Shown piece by piece: positions 1 through 13,225 of a stretch of 64,000 nucleotides of DNA (the stretch's first letter is position 1; each line of letters begins with the position of its first letter). The notes beneath the pieces were generated by a model. That model had not been told where the DNA came from. It worked only from the letters and a program-made list of their open reading frames with translations, and made no database searches. The translations under genes were made by a program, and so were the position numbers. The DNA lies in NCBI RefSeq assembly GCF_009914755.1, contig NC_060925.1, one strand, 5' to 3'. This DNA is from the human T2T-CHM13v2.0 reference genome, Homo sapiens.

Positions 1-210
1 GATGGACTAATGAACAAATGAATAAACACGAGAAATGAATGAAACAGTGAATGAACCAATGGGTAAATAAATGACAGATGGATATGATGGTCAGAGGGAT
101 AAATGAGTGAGTGGGAGAGTGAATAAGTAAATTAGTGGATGAGTGATTGAGTGACTAGATGAATGAATGAATAAACGAGAATGAATGAATAAACGAGTGG
201 ATTAATAAAT
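1..210 (+). repeat. Degenerate (TGAA/TGAG/TGGA)n low-complexity tract, probably an expanded L2 3' tail
   Basis: Repeated gaat/gagt/ggat units; atgaatgaataaacgag occurs twice. Confidence 0.6.
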
Positions 211-793
211 AAGTTTTAGTGAGCCCTATAACTCAGGCATAAACCAGACATGCTCCTGAGACTGGAAAATGAAACTAGATACTAAAAATACAATAAAGTA
301 ATTTTAAAAAAAACACTGTGATAATACAGAGCTCATTGATCAGGGCCCCAAGATCAATATTCTTCTGGACAAATCTTCAGTGTGGTTTCTCAGCCCCACC
401 CGTTGACTGTCACTGGAGCTGTGGAAAAGACAGATTGAGAGACAGTGTGTGGGTGTTGAGAGGTTGTATGTGTGATCAGGACAGTGGTTCTTTTCTCTAG
501 CTGTGCTTTAGAATCCTTTGGGGAGTTTTCAAAATGTAATTGTGATTTACTTGGATTCCAGGCAGAGGGCAGGGGGACAGGAGCAGAAAGGAGGGAGGCA
601 TGGCTTCGTTTCTATAAAGGCCCCCACAAAGTCTAATGTGCAGCCAGGGTTTGAGAATCGCTGGTTCCAAGGTGAACAACATTCTGATGTGGGTACTTGG
701 ACACAATCATTTAGATGCCAATGGCACCTTCACGTGACCAAACAAAAAAAATGGCCTTTCTTCTGTTCTTTTAACCAAGTAATGTGTGAAACT

Positions 794-794
<1 letters not shown>

Positions 795-826
<32 letters not shown>
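795..826 (+). repeat. (CA)16 microsatellite
   Basis: Read directly. Confidence 0.97.
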
Positions 827-828
<2 letters not shown>

Positions 829-1639
829 CTTATTTTATTGCCTACCCTGCCCACACCCTCTGGAAGGGGCAACCTCACCCCATGACTCCCCCTCCCTCAC
901 TCCACACCCTTGGCTGATTTTACAGGGTAGACAGTTGGCCTAGGGGCAGAGTTCAGGGGTAGAGGTCAGATCAGGTAAAAGTCAGGAAAGGAGCACAGTT
1001 CCCAGAAATGGGGAGACACATGGGCAGAGAGGCTCAAAGATATCTAAAATACACAATATTTTGACATTAAAAAAATGTTTACATAGCCACTATGACCCAG
1101 TAGCATTCAAAATCATCAACATAAAATGTCTCTTTTGTCAAAATATCTCTCTTAGGAGGCAAGATGGCTGGTGAGCTTTTGTTATACAAGGAAACAATAA
1201 GATCCCTGACAACCACCTGGCCAAAGGACAGGCAGGGAAATCAGGTGGAGAACAAGCCAGCCACTTGAAAAATAAGTATGGTGTTCTCAGTGCCTGGGAA
1301 CCAGGGATCTGGGGAGGCACTTCTCTGCTTCAATGAAGGGGCTTAAGTTTGGGCCACCAGACAGTTCCAACAGTGTGTGTATGGTCTGCTTCTTTTCTGT
1401 CCAGGTTACCTTCATTTTTAGGAAGGTTCTTTTTGGAAGTTCATTCTACTGTCTTCACTGTACCAAGAAGAGATGAAAGGAAAAGTTTGAAGGAAAGTGA
1501 GAAGAGAGAAAACCACTAGGTTTCTTGGGATGGAGAATAGGTAGGTATAGAGTGGAGTAAAGCACAGGGAATTGCTCACCTATTCCCAGGTACTTGTTCC
1601 AGGGAAAGATAAAGGAAAGGGAGGGAAGGAAACTTGAAA

Positions 1640-1790
1640 CTTGAAACTTGCAGGAGGTAAATTCAGGATCAATAAAAGGAAGTGCTCCTTCACACAGCAG
1701 GGAATGAATTTACAGAACTCATCACCCCAAGAGGAGATGCAGCTGAAAATATAAGATCCCAAAACCTATAGATACAAATTGGATGATTGA
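1640..1790 (+). mobile_element. Ancient CR1/L3-clade LINE 3' fragment
   Basis: aataaaaggaagtgctccttcacacagcaggg...gaactcatcaccccaagagg...gctgaaaatataa resembles the recalled CR1 3' consensus. Confidence 0.5.
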
Positions 1791-2342
1791 AAGAAAAATG
1801 ATGACATTAAGTTGACATCTAGGAGAACAATCCTGTTCTCCCCCAATTTACTCTTTAGTGCCTAGTTTAAGACAAGATCCTGCACTATGGGTACCAAGGA
1901 GATGACCTAGTGTGATTATCCAACAATCTCATGTTTGATTGCCTAGGAAACTAACTTTTCTTCCTTCTTGCTTCCTTCCTTGTAAGCACCAGTGACAGGT
2001 TCCATCTGTTAAACACCTTCTATTTCCCAGGCACTGTTACTTTACACCCACTGTCTAATTCAAATCAAGAATCCAAAAAGCATTTATTGAGTACTTTCTT
2101 GTGTGCTCATCACTTTACAAGATTTTACAGGTAGTGGAGAATTAAAAGACTCTGTCTAGGTCTTTGAGAAGTCTATGATACATTTGAGAAGACAGAAAAA
2201 AATGTGCATAATTTATTAAACAATTGACAGGTATAGGAAACCACTGGAGTTGATTGATAAATACAGGAAATCACTGTATGTTTGAGGCATGTAAGATAAG
2301 AATTAGTGAGGGCTAAGGACTTAGCCAACGTGTTTATAGCGG

Positions 2343-2840
2343 GTGATTAAGAGTAGTGCCCTGGCTCCAGACTACGCGATTTCAAGTCCCAGCTCTTCCA
2401 TTTTGAAGCTGTGGAATTTGGATAAGTTACTCAATCTCTCTGAACTTCAGTTTCCTTATCTGTAAAATGTGTATGCTAAGAATACCTTCCTCTTGGGGTT
2501 GTTGAAGGATTAAATGAATCAATGCATGCAAAGCATTCTCCTGCTGTCCTCGCCTTTGGTTAAACCCTTCTAGAAGCCAGACATAGGAGAACCCACTGAT
2601 GTGGACCCTCTAGGTCTGCCCACCAGGGCAGAGACCAGTGTGGAGAAGGGACCTGGAGGAGCAGAACGGAGATGCCGGGCGCACCATCCAACCTAAAGCA
2701 CATTCCCGCTGTCATCCTCACAGAACCTTATTCTTTTCTTTAATTGCAGTTAGAACAATTACTATTTATTTAATATAAATTTATTTAAAACAATGCCTGA
2801 AACATAGTAAGTGTTCAATAAGCATTAGTTATCAGTATTT
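2343..2840 (+). mobile_element. MIR SINE split by a ~250 bp insertion (MIR parts 2343-2537 and 2787-2840)
   Basis: MIR core ctcaatctctctgaacttcagtttccttatctgtaaaatg; ...aatgcatgcaaagcatt resumes as taaaacaatgcctgaaacatagtaagtgttcaataa. Confidence 0.8.
2538..2786 (+). repeat. Local direct duplicate of ~3415-3657
   Basis: Hand alignment from 2571 vs 3449: ~15 mismatches in ~133 bp; homology continues to the ttattta end; offset 878 bp. Confidence 0.92.
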
Positions 2841-3164
2841 TTATCTTTCGTAAGGGCCAGCATGAGGAGAGAGGTGACCCGGAGGGCAGGCCAACCACTT
2901 CCTCTGCTGTGTGCTGTGTGATCGGGATGAAATTCAGAAAATCTCATCTCGTGCTGTCTCTCCTGAGTGCTGCACTCTAGACACACTGCCCTTCTCTCTG
3001 TTCCTTGAACACAACAGTGAGCTCTTTCCACCTTGGAGTTTTCACACGCGACTTCCTCCTGCCTGGAGTGTCTCTCCTCCCCCGTTCTTCACATGGCTGG
3101 CTCCCGCTCATCCCGAAAGTCTAGCTTAAATGTCACTTCCTCAGAGAGGCTTTCTATTGCCATC

Positions 3165-3561
3165 TGTATCCATCAGGGTCCTGGCAGGAAACAATGGCAC
3201 ATTCACATTAGGATAATTCAAGGAGGTTTCTAAAAGGACTATGCATAAAGGCATGAAGTGAGACAAAGGGGTACCATCAGGGGGAGGACAGAACTGCCCC
3301 TAGCCAGGAAGGATGAAGGAACAAGACAAAGAATGTGGCCAGCCCAGGGTAACCAGCCAGGGAGAAAGCTAGGGGAATAAATATCCCAACCTCACTCTTC
3401 TCTCACCCTCTAATCTCTGGCTGACCACCCCCTTTGGCTGAACTCTATTAGAAGCCAGACATAAGAGAACCCACTGAGGTGGACCATCCAGGTCAGCCCA
3501 CCAAGGCAGAGACCAGAGTGGAGGAAGGACCTGGAGGATCAGAATGGAGATGCCAGATGCA
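3165..3561 (-). mobile_element. Ancient ERVL/MaLR-class solo LTR (subfamily uncertain)
   Basis: TG...CA termini with 5-bp TSD CCATC (3160-3164 / 3562-3566); starts tgtatccatcagggtcctggcaggaaac. Confidence 0.6.
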
Positions 3562-3681
3562 CCATCTAACCTAAAGCACATCCCCCCTCAGAACCTTACT
3601 CTTTTCTTTAATGTCAGTTAGAACAATTTCTATTTATTTAATAGAAATGTATTTATTTATTTTATTTAAGAGCTATCTCTA

Positions 3682-3962
3682 GGCCGGGCGTGGTGGCTCA
3701 CGCCTGTAATCCCAGCACTTTGGAAGGCCAAGGTAGGCGGATCACGAGGTCAGGAAATCGAGACCATCTTGGCTAACATGGTGAAACCCCGTCTCTACTA
3801 AAAATACAAAAAATTAGCCAGGCGTGGTGGCGGGCGCCTGTAGTCCCAGCTACTCAGGAGGCTGAGACAGGAGAATGGCATGAACCCAGGAGGCGGAGCT
3901 TGCAGTGAGCCGAGATTGCGCCACTGCACTCCAGTCTGGGCGACACAGCAAGACTCTGTCTC

Positions 3963-3990
<28 letters not shown>
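3682..3990 (+). mobile_element. AluY, full length
   Basis: AluY-type gatcacgaggtc, ggctaacatggtg, gagaatggcatgaacc, gagcttgcag; long pure A tail; TSD aagagctatctct/aagagccatctct. Confidence 0.95.
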
Positions 3991-3997
<7 letters not shown>

Positions 3998-4499
3998 TCT
4001 CTCACAATGCCATGAGCACTGAAACCATCTTGGCTTTGCTTACCACCAGGTACCCAGTACCTAGCACAGCGCTGGGGACATAGCAGATAATTGATAAATG
4101 TTTGAGACAAATAAGTGGATGAATAAGGTTGCCACTACACAAGAAGTGATAGCCAAAGCTCCAAACTGTATTGTTCCAAAGATATACAGCTGTCTCAAGC
4201 TTGGCCCAGACCAGTAGTCAAGTATATCAGAATGCAAGAGACCCAATCTATGTGGACATGTGTCCCCTCTATGCAGAGACTGTACCTGGAGTGACATGAT
4301 CCTGGTTGGAGGTCACTTGTCCACTGTGAGCAGGACCTGAGTCAACAGCTGAGAATTAGGGACAGATCCAACCCTCAGGAGGGGACCTAGCAAGAACCAC
4401 GCAAGGCAGTAGGGCCTCAGCTGGAGCTCAAGCTCAAGCAGGATCCCGGTTGCCTGGGGAAAGAACTGAAGCCGACTTTGTCATGGAGTCTCACAAACC

Positions 4500-5200
4500 A
4501 ACCTCCCTCCATTCTCCACACTGCAGCCAGTGTGATTTTTCTAAATTATAAATCTAATCATGCCATTCCCCCACTGAAACTCCCACTCACTTTCTCATTT
4601 ATTCCATGGCTGTGATGTGCAAGTCAAAACTCTTTCACATGGTTTGTAAGTCCCTGCATATCCTGGCCCCTGCCTGCCCCTCCCGCCTCATCTCACCTTC
4701 ACCTCCAACAGGCACCCGTGCATACACTTGCACGGTGCATGGGCACACACACCACCTCACCCAACTTTCCACTATGCCATTCCCTCTCTCACCTCTGTGT
4801 CTTTATACACACAGTTTCCTCAACTAAAACACTCTTCACCAGCAATTCTCTTCCACTTGGCTAACATTTTTCTTATTCTTTGGGTCTCAGCTTAAACTTG
4901 CTTCCTTTGGATCGCTTCCAGGGATCTTCTAAGGCAGGGTTGCAGAGCTTCTCCTTAGGGTTTGCGGGTTATCTCAGCACCTTGTGCTTCCCTCATCAGA
5001 ACACTGGCCCCTCTGTGTCATATTTGCCTATCTGAGTATCTTTCTCCCTACTGCACAATGACTTCATGAAGGTGGGGCAGAGTCTGCCTTTTCCTCCGTT
5101 GTATACCCAACACATAGCACAGTTCCTGGCACATAATAAGTGTTCAAAATATCGCTGAATGACTGAGTGGATGGATGGATGGTGGGTGGATGGGTGGTCC
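4500..5200 (+). mobile_element. L2 3' fragment
   Basis: ccattctccacactgcagccagtgtgatttttctaaa...; ends catagcacagttcctggcacataataagtgttcaaaatatcgctgaatgactgagtggatgg. Confidence 0.75.
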
Positions 5201-6936
5201 ATGACTGATGTTAAGAGAAAGCTTTGATTCAGAGCAGTTCAATGGAGGCTCATCAATATGTACCAGACCAAAGAGAATCAGAAAGTGCTAGTCATTCCAC
5301 ACCCACCCATGGGGTCAGACATGCTGAAAGGACCTCTGCCCTGATTCGAGCTTCCAAGGGAGGTTTTATTGCCTGTGAGTGAGCAGGGTCAGGGAGGCCC
5401 AGGTTAATGTTACGCAGGAAAGACTTCCTGAGAGAAGTGAACACTGGGATTCAACAGAAGTGATGTGCGGGAGAAATAATACTGTCAAGCATGTTATTGA
5501 ACACTTATTTTATGTCACGGTCTGAGCCAAGAGCTTATATATTTTATTTCATGTAAGTGACAGAGGCAGAATATGAACTCAAAGAGTCTGATTCCAGCGC
5601 TACACACTTAATGAATATACTGCAAAGTCTCTCAAAGCTTGGATGGAGATGAAACAGGAAGGTGTCCCAAGCACAGACACCCAACAAAGACAGTGCTGGA
5701 AATAAGCAGGTCCTGGACAGGATTTGGCACAGTGTCAGCTCCAGCAGATGTAGGCAAGCAGAGAGCAGAAGACAAAGAGTGAAAGATGAGACTGAACATC
5801 AGACTAAAGACTTTCGGGTTGAACCCACTGGCAATAGGATGTGTGTTGGAATCGTGATTACCTGGTGCCTGAGAGAGAGCTTCCCATGGCTGATGTAAAG
5901 GATGGGTGAGAAAGGAAGAAAAGACAGAAGATCAGCTGTGAGGCTCCAGGGTGACTCAGGTGACAGGTGACAAGTAACAACTTGGAAGGAGGCCCGGGAA
6001 TAAAGGAGCCATGGCAGAGGAACACAGCGTAAGATCTGAGGAAGTCAGAGGCAGTGGGGAGCCCCCATTCAGCCCTATCATTCTTTTTTTATTCTCAGGG
6101 CAAACTAAAGTATTAACTCAGTTCTGGTTCCTACCCCAGACCCAAAAGCTGCTTCTGTTTCCAATTGTCAACACAAGCAGAAAGAAAGTCACCCACCTTG
6201 GTTAATTGCCGTTCTGCTGCATGGAGGGGCCCAGGGATCCCAAAGTCATTAAGCCAGGGATGGTTTTGGTGTCTCTAACCTCCAGTCTCTCCATGATACT
6301 GAGGAATATGCTTGATTTAATTGGCCTGCTTTAAAAAAAAAAAAAATCTTGTGATGACTTTCATGGAAATAGACTACTAGCTGAGAGACCTTGGTGATGA
6401 ATAAAAGTTTAGTGCCTGGAGAGCTTCACCAGTCCACCACTCTGAACCTGACTTCCTCCGGCTGGCTAACTCTTCTCCCAAGTGTGTCTGTCTCCTTGAC
6501 CAAGCAGAGACAGCCCACCTAGGGGCTGTCACTTGGAGTTAGAGGTGAAGAGCAGAGCTGGATGGAGGCACATGGGAATCTTGCCCTCTCTATCTCCCAT
6601 CTGGCACCCAGCGTGTGCATTCTAAAACGCACACTCATTGATTCATTATACACCTTAAAACCTGCAGGAGCTTCTCAAGATCCTAGAGATGAATTCCAAA
6701 TCTTTAACGTGGATTTAAGGCCCTTTGGCATCAAGCCTCAGGCCAACTCTCTAGCCTCATATAAGCTTATACTTTGTGTTTCCTGGCTGTGAATGGCTTT
6801 CAAGTGCCTCGGGGGCACCCTCTTGCCCCTCATTGCAACCGGGGGAGGAGGCCACAAATGTACCAGGCATCCCATCAATGCAGGCTGATGGAGCAGTAGC
6901 AAATTGCAATGACCTTATATTTAACTTTGGGAACCT

Positions 6937-7370
6937 GTATTGATTTCCTGGGGCTGCCATAACACATAAGCCACTTGGTGGCTTAAAACAACAGAAATTT
7001 ATTTGTGCCCAGTTCCGGAGGCCAGAAGTCTGAGATTGAGCTGTCAGCAAGGCTATGCTCCCTTCAAATACCCTAGCGGAGAGTACTTCCTTGCCCTTTC
7101 CAGCTTCCAGTGACTGTCAGCATTCTTTGTGTTGTGGCTGCATCACTCCAATCTCTGCCTCCATCTTCATATGGCCTTTTCCTCTTCTCTCCCAGAATTC
7201 TCCTCTTTTGTCTCTTATGGAGTCACTTATCATTGGATTTAAGGCCCACCCAGATAATCTAAGATGATCTCATCTTGAGATCCTTAACTTAGTTACATCT
7301 GCAAAGACACTTTTTCCAAATAAAGTCACATTCACACGTTCTGGGTTAGGATGTGAAGGCATCTTTTCGG
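6937..7370 (-). mobile_element. MLT1 (MLT1B/C/D-like) MaLR LTR
   Basis: tgtattgatttcctggggctgccataac...ggcttaaaacaacagaaatttatt...catctgcaaagacactttttccaaataaagtcacattc. Confidence 0.85.
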
Positions 7371-7714
7371 GACCTGACCAAAGAAGGGTGAGTTGGAGGT
7401 AACTCTTGGACCGAACAACTCTTTGGAAATAAAGTAACAGATGAGGAATGGCAGTGTGGCCCAGGGAGGTGTCAGGAAGGGCAAAGGTACCCGTCAATTT
7501 GCTCTTTAAGCTGTATCCCAGTTTTGCAGTGAAGCTGTGACCCCCAAGGAAACTCAGAAGGGACCAAAAGTAGACCAGAGCCTGAGGTATACTTCTGTCA
7601 CCGCTTCCTCTGGAATTGGGATCCTGCCCATCAACAGCCCTTGACCTCAATGCACTGAGACCCACATCCTTAAGTCTATTTTATGAGCTTAAGGAAAGAA
7701 GCAGATACGGGAGA

Positions 7715-7890
7715 AAGACCATAAACTTTGGAGTCAGGAGACTGGGTTTGAATCCTGGCTCTGCAACTTTCTAGTTGCTTCGTCTTCCTTCACTGTAAAG
7801 GGGTAATGCTATTTCTCTCTCAGGGCTGTTTGGGTTAATGAAATATGAGCACTGTGCCTGGCCCATAACAGGGGTTCTAGACATGTTCTG
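7715..7890 (+). mobile_element. MIR fragment
   Basis: ctttggagtcaggagactgggtttgaatcctggctctgc. Confidence 0.65.
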
Positions 7891-8837
7891 CTTCCTGGCC
7901 ACCTTCAAATGTCACCTATTCCTTCTGTGGATATCCAGAAAGGATGTCCCCACACCTCCCCAATTCTGCAGGCATCCAGCCCGAAAGGGAGGCTGAAAAA
8001 GACAGACAATCATGGGAAGAGGGGAGCTCTAATGGACTCTCTACTTACGCTGCACAAACAAGCTCGGACAGAAACTCCTCCTCCTTTGTTCTTTAGGACC
8101 CAGCAATGCTTCAGCCCCTGCCACCCTGCATTAAGCAATCTTTCAACTCTCTGTCCTTCTTTATCTAATAAGTGGGGCCACTGGGTGAAAGTTGGCACTC
8201 CCGTGGTACCTTAGCATGCCTTCCACTTTTCTCCTGGTTGTTATGTAGGATATGATACCATTCGCTTAATCTATTGTTGCTGGACCAAGACAGGGCTGTT
8301 TAAGTCACACTCTTGTTGTTGAAAAGTCTAGCAAAGCTCATATCCTTTGAGTATAACAGGAGCCAAATATTCCAAGATTCTATAAGATATTTGTAAGCAA
8401 AAAGACAGAGGGGACCAGTGAGAAAAAGTATTGCCAAATTGGAGATGAAAGTCCTCTGATATCCCACCACCACAACCCCTTTCCTGCCCCCATTTGTCAC
8501 TCTGTACTGGGAAATGTCACAGTATGAGGAGGTGGCTGATGTTAGGAGAGATTGTGCAATACTTGGCAGTGGTTGTAAAATATTTCCGGGGGGAGGAATT
8601 TCTTGCATTCTATATAAGTCTAGGGAAGAATCATTCCCCTTTAGACTTGAGGCTTCACATTGCCTCTCTCCATGTGACTGGCTCTTTGGCCCCACTGGGA
8701 TAATAACATTTTCCAACTTACTGCAAGCTAGAGGGTCGTTGTCATCTTTAAGCTAACCCAGGGTGCCAGGGGCCACCGTGACTGAAAGGTGTCCTAGTCT
8801 AGCTATACCTTTATTGAAGGAAACTCTAGTTTGGGCC

Positions 8838-9063
8838 AGCAGTTCTCAACTGTGGACAATTTTGCTCCCCAACCCCTACCCTGGGGACATTTGGTAATGT
8901 TTGGAGAAATTTTTACTTGTTGCTATTAGGCAGGGGTTGCACTGGCATCTAGTGGGTAGATGCTAGGGATGCCACAAAACATCCTATAATGCACAGAACC
9001 GCTCCCACAACAAAGAAGTATCCAGCCCCAGATGTCCATAGGTTGAGAGTTTAAGAAGCCCTG
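8838..9063. mobile_element. MER20 hAT-Charlie DNA transposon
   Basis: cagttctcaac...ggggacatttggtaatgtttggaga...ggcatctagtgggtagatgctagggatgc...aagaagccctg. Confidence 0.8.
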
Positions 9064-9928
9064 AACTGGACCCTTCATACACAATGTGGAAACACCTCTT
9101 TGAGTTGCACTAAACTCACTCCAGCAGCATGGGTCATGCCTTGGCATTGAACACTTGCTAGTGGGCTGGTTTTCCCTCTAGCAATGGGCTCACCCAACTC
9201 TCTGCCTGCAACCCCGCCCCCTCAGGAAGAGCATTCTTGTGGCTAAGATGAAAGACTCATGCCGCAGGCCCCTATGCCAACTAGCCACTTGATTGCTTTT
9301 AATTAATTCTGCTTGATTACAGCACATGGGAGTCACATCGGACAGATAAGACAGGCTCTTTATATTCCATCTTCATTAAAAAGTTTGGATCTGGAAGTTT
9401 TTTCAAAGAGCTATGTGTCTCCTTTACTTTTGTGTCATTTTTAATTGAGGAGGGCACAGGGAGATGTGCTGAGCTGTGCTGAATGGAGACTTTGCAAATG
9501 CAAGATGGGGTGTCTGAGGCCCCTTCTGGGGGAAAAGGCAGCTAGACTGAGACCCAGTAATCTGAAGGAGATAGTCAGGACAGAGCCAGTCCACTGTGTC
9601 TGAAAGAGGTGTAGGGAGAGGAAGGGAACCACCAGCATCTCTTTTATTCCATTACCAATAGTGCATTAGCCCAGATCTACAGAACAACACGGTGCAGATT
9701 CTTTGCCAGGTGTGGATTCTAGGGTAGGAGCTTGAAGATTGTTCCATGGTAATAAGAGGAGAGGGAAAGGGAGGATGGATTACCACTAATTATCTGTAGC
9801 CTTCTTCTCTAGCTACAGGACCATACCCTCCTTGGGGACACCTTGCCCAACTTCTCCATGCAGATTTGATCACTCCTGCCTCTCTACCCCTACAGTGCAT
9901 GGTTCATCTTTCCAGCAAAGCATCGTGT

Positions 9929-10445
9929 TGTATTAGTTATCTATTGCTGTGCAACAAATCACCGCAAAACTTAGTGTCTTAACACAACAAATATTTATTA
10001 TCTCACAGTTTCTGTGTGTCAGGAATTCAGGTGTGACTTAGCTCAGAGCATCTGGCTCAAAGTCCCTCATGATGATGTAATCAAGGAGGGTAGGATCCAC
10101 TTCCAAGCTCATTCACATGGCTGTTGGCGGGCCTCATGTCCTCACTATCACCTGGAGATATCAGTTTCTTGCCATATGGGCCTCTCCACATAAGAACTCA
10201 CAACATGGCCACAGGCTTCCAACAAAACAAATGAGCCAGCGAGTAAGAGGGCAGCCCAGAACAGAAGCCAGAGAGTCTTTTTGTAACCTAATCTTGGAAG
10301 AGACATCTCACCACTTTCACAGTATTCTATTTGTTAGAAAACATTTGCTAGGTCCAGCTTACATGCAAGGGAAGGAAAACACACCAGGGCATGAATGCCA
10401 AGAGGTGGGGGCTACTGGGGGCTATCTTGGCGGCAACCTACCATA
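9929..10445 (-). mobile_element. MLT1 (F/G/H-like) MaLR LTR inserted in an L2 fragment (~9830-10635)
   Basis: tgtattagttatctattgctgtgcaacaaatcacc...atttattatctcacagtttctgtgtgtcaggaattc; L2 end and (TGAA)n tail at 10490-10635. Confidence 0.8.
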
Positions 10446-13064
10446 CCTGTTGCATTGTAATAATCTGCCTCTTCTTCTAGAAAAGTCATTCCTTGAACTT
10501 GAGACCCCTGTTCATTTACCTCTTAACCTCTAACACCTGCCCCAGGGTCTGGGACATGCTGGGCACTCAAGAGGTGTTTGGTAGAATGAACAAACGCATA
10601 AATGCATGCATGCATGTATGAATGAATTAATGAATGAATGCATGAGTGAATGAAGTAATCATTTCTTAAACCTTAATTAGACTTGTCAAACCAGTCTTCA
10701 ACAAAGAAAACATGTTTATCTCCAGAACTGCTGTGTCAGGAGCAAATATATCCAGATCATCTAAAAATTCAATTAGGTTATTAAGACATAAATTCAAAAT
10801 AACAGCATGCGATCATATTTTATTCCATTTAACATGGGCCCATTACTATCCTCTCCTATTATAGTTTGGTCTGAGTCCATTTTTAAATATTTTCTCTGTG
10901 GAGACTAATGACTGGTAGTAAATCAATAATGCTGAAAAATAAAGCTTTTCATTATTTTAAACTGCATTCAGGTGACACTAAACAGTACAGTGATGATCAG
11001 GAGTGAAGCAGTTTTGTCTAAACCTAGTTAAATTTCATGCAAGATCAATCAAAAGAGGAGCCTGGAACTCAGGAGCAGAGGTTTAAGAGTGACCAGGAAA
11101 TCCTAGAGCCTGAGGACCCAGCACACAAGCTGGGATGAGTCAAGGGCTGGAAGGTGAGCCCAGCTGAAGCTGATTGAAATAAATCAATCCATGTCAGTGT
11201 TGCCCCCAGGATCAAGACAAGCGTTAACAGGTAGTCAACAAATGAACAGTTGTCCAAGCAAGTTCAGCCACAAGAAAGTTTAGGAGACAATAGGTGTTTC
11301 TGCAGGTGAGTGAAATAGGCAGATGCAAAGAACATGGCAGGGAGTGAGGAAGCATAAGGTCCCAGGGCCCTGGGCTCACAGACAGAGCATCTCAAACGCA
11401 CAGGAGTGGTCTGAGCCAAGTAAGGTCCCAAATTAGGAGGACTAAAGTACAAGGTCAGAGCATAAGGTGGGGAGGGAGGGACTGCAAAATTAGCCCCAGA
11501 TATCAGGGGTACAAAGTTAGAACTTGGTTTCAGGATTAAGCAGGCTTCTATTCAAGATTGGACTGAGTCCTCGAGGTGCTAAATCTTAAAAAGAGGCTCC
11601 TTCAAATTCCCTTTCCCCAGAACTGAATTGGGCCCAGAGCCTGGAGATGACTGGAATGGGGACACTGGGTTCTAGGGAAAGAGCAAGGAACCTGAACCTT
11701 CCTATCCATCCTACCCCCAACTCCTGAAGGAGAGGTGCACTCTCCAGTACTCAAGTTCAGGGCCAGCATATTGGACCATGGTCTCACTGAATAGGATTCC
11801 AAAAGGGTCCAGCAAACATGGGTGTGGTCATTTTATGGATGTTCCGTCTTATCCCATGAGATTAGGTAAGAGAGCTCAAAGGAACTTTCTGGGAGTAAAA
11901 AATCTTGGTGGTTGATCTAAGCCAGCCCAGCTCTAAGCATCGAGGTAAAACCTCTTGGCCCTTCTTCTGGTTCTATTAACAAACATTGAAGCTTTGGGCT
12001 AATCTGTTCTCCCACTGAAATGGTACAAATTGAGACTTGGTTCCAAGCTTTTAGGGTGGAAGAAGATGAAACAGATCAAAACATTTTAGGCCATGGATGA
12101 CCACACAGGTAACGCAAATATGGCCCCTCGTAACCAAGGCTGCTGATTCATGCACCACATTGAGTTCTGTGTATAGAACACCCCCAGGTTGTCTTGGGTT
12201 CCTAGCCTACAATCATGACATGAACATATCTCAGCTACACCCCAATATTACTTCCAGGAGTCAGTTAGACCAAACCTGCATTCCCAGGAATCAAGATGGG
12301 AGAGGAGGGCTCTGGGGTTCAGAGTCAACCGGGCCATTGCAGTTTCAATGGAGAGACCTGCACAGGCAGTTTATGGAGAAAACCAATGGTGTAGAAACCA
12401 GCATGACCATAATTTGCTGTAGATAAAGGGTGAGGCTTTTAGAAGATGGGAGAAACCACATATTGAATTCATCCTAAGGGAACTACTTCCAAGGAGTTAA
12501 TCAGGATAAATCGTTCAGTGTGGGTTATTTCTTTATTTATTTAACAACGCTTTATTGATGCCTACCTGCAGTGTGGCAGGCACTGTGGGGAATACAAACA
12601 TGCTGAAGGTATGGTCTCTGGCCTCAGAGGAGCTTGTAATCTGGTGGGTGAGACAGATGCCTACAGAGTTAACACAAGAGACGAAGGAAGTAGGGGAAGG
12701 GTTGAGCATGCAACTAGTCAGCCTCCAAGTTCCAGTTAGAACCCTTAGGCTCAGATGTCAGGCACCGATTTAGAATTCCAATGCCGTGGCAGAGTTGGAA
12801 AAGCCCTCCCAGGTCTGGGGGTAAAGGAGCATCCTTATGGACAGCTGGAAGGCAAAGTGACCCGTGGGTCCAATCTAAATCTGAGCATTCCTGGTAGTTA
12901 TTCTAAGTCTTGTTGGCTGGTTGTGTACACTGTGGCTAAGCCTCATGTTAAACAAGAGGTGCTGGCTGTGGGTGAGCTGAATTATTGGACTGTCTCAAAA
13001 ACTGAATATGGGGTAGACGTGCAGGAATGGGGAGCAAGGAAAAAGATATTTGACATGCATTCAA

Positions 13065-13215
13065 AAATATTTCCTGTTTTGCAAGATGAAAGAGCATTCT
13101 GGAAATTGGAGGGTGGTGCTGGTCGCACAAAAATGAATATATTTAATACCACTGAACCATACACTTAAGATGATACATTTTGTTCTGTGTATTTTACTAC
13201 AATTTTTAAAAGTTG
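13065..13215 (+). mobile_element. Old L1 (L1MB/MC-like) 3' end
   Basis: gttttgcaagatgaaagagcattctgga...aataccactgaaccatacacttaa...tgtgtattttactacaatttttaaaa. Confidence 0.75.
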
Positions 13216-13225
13216 AAAAAAAATC

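Larger units (their letters stand above)
2960..4125 (+). mobile_element. L2 3' region interrupted by an LTR (3165-3561) and an AluY (3682-3990)
   Basis: ttccttgaacac...cttaaatgtcacttcctcagagaggc; 3' end cctagcacagcgctggggacatagcag...ataaatgtttg. Confidence 0.65.
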
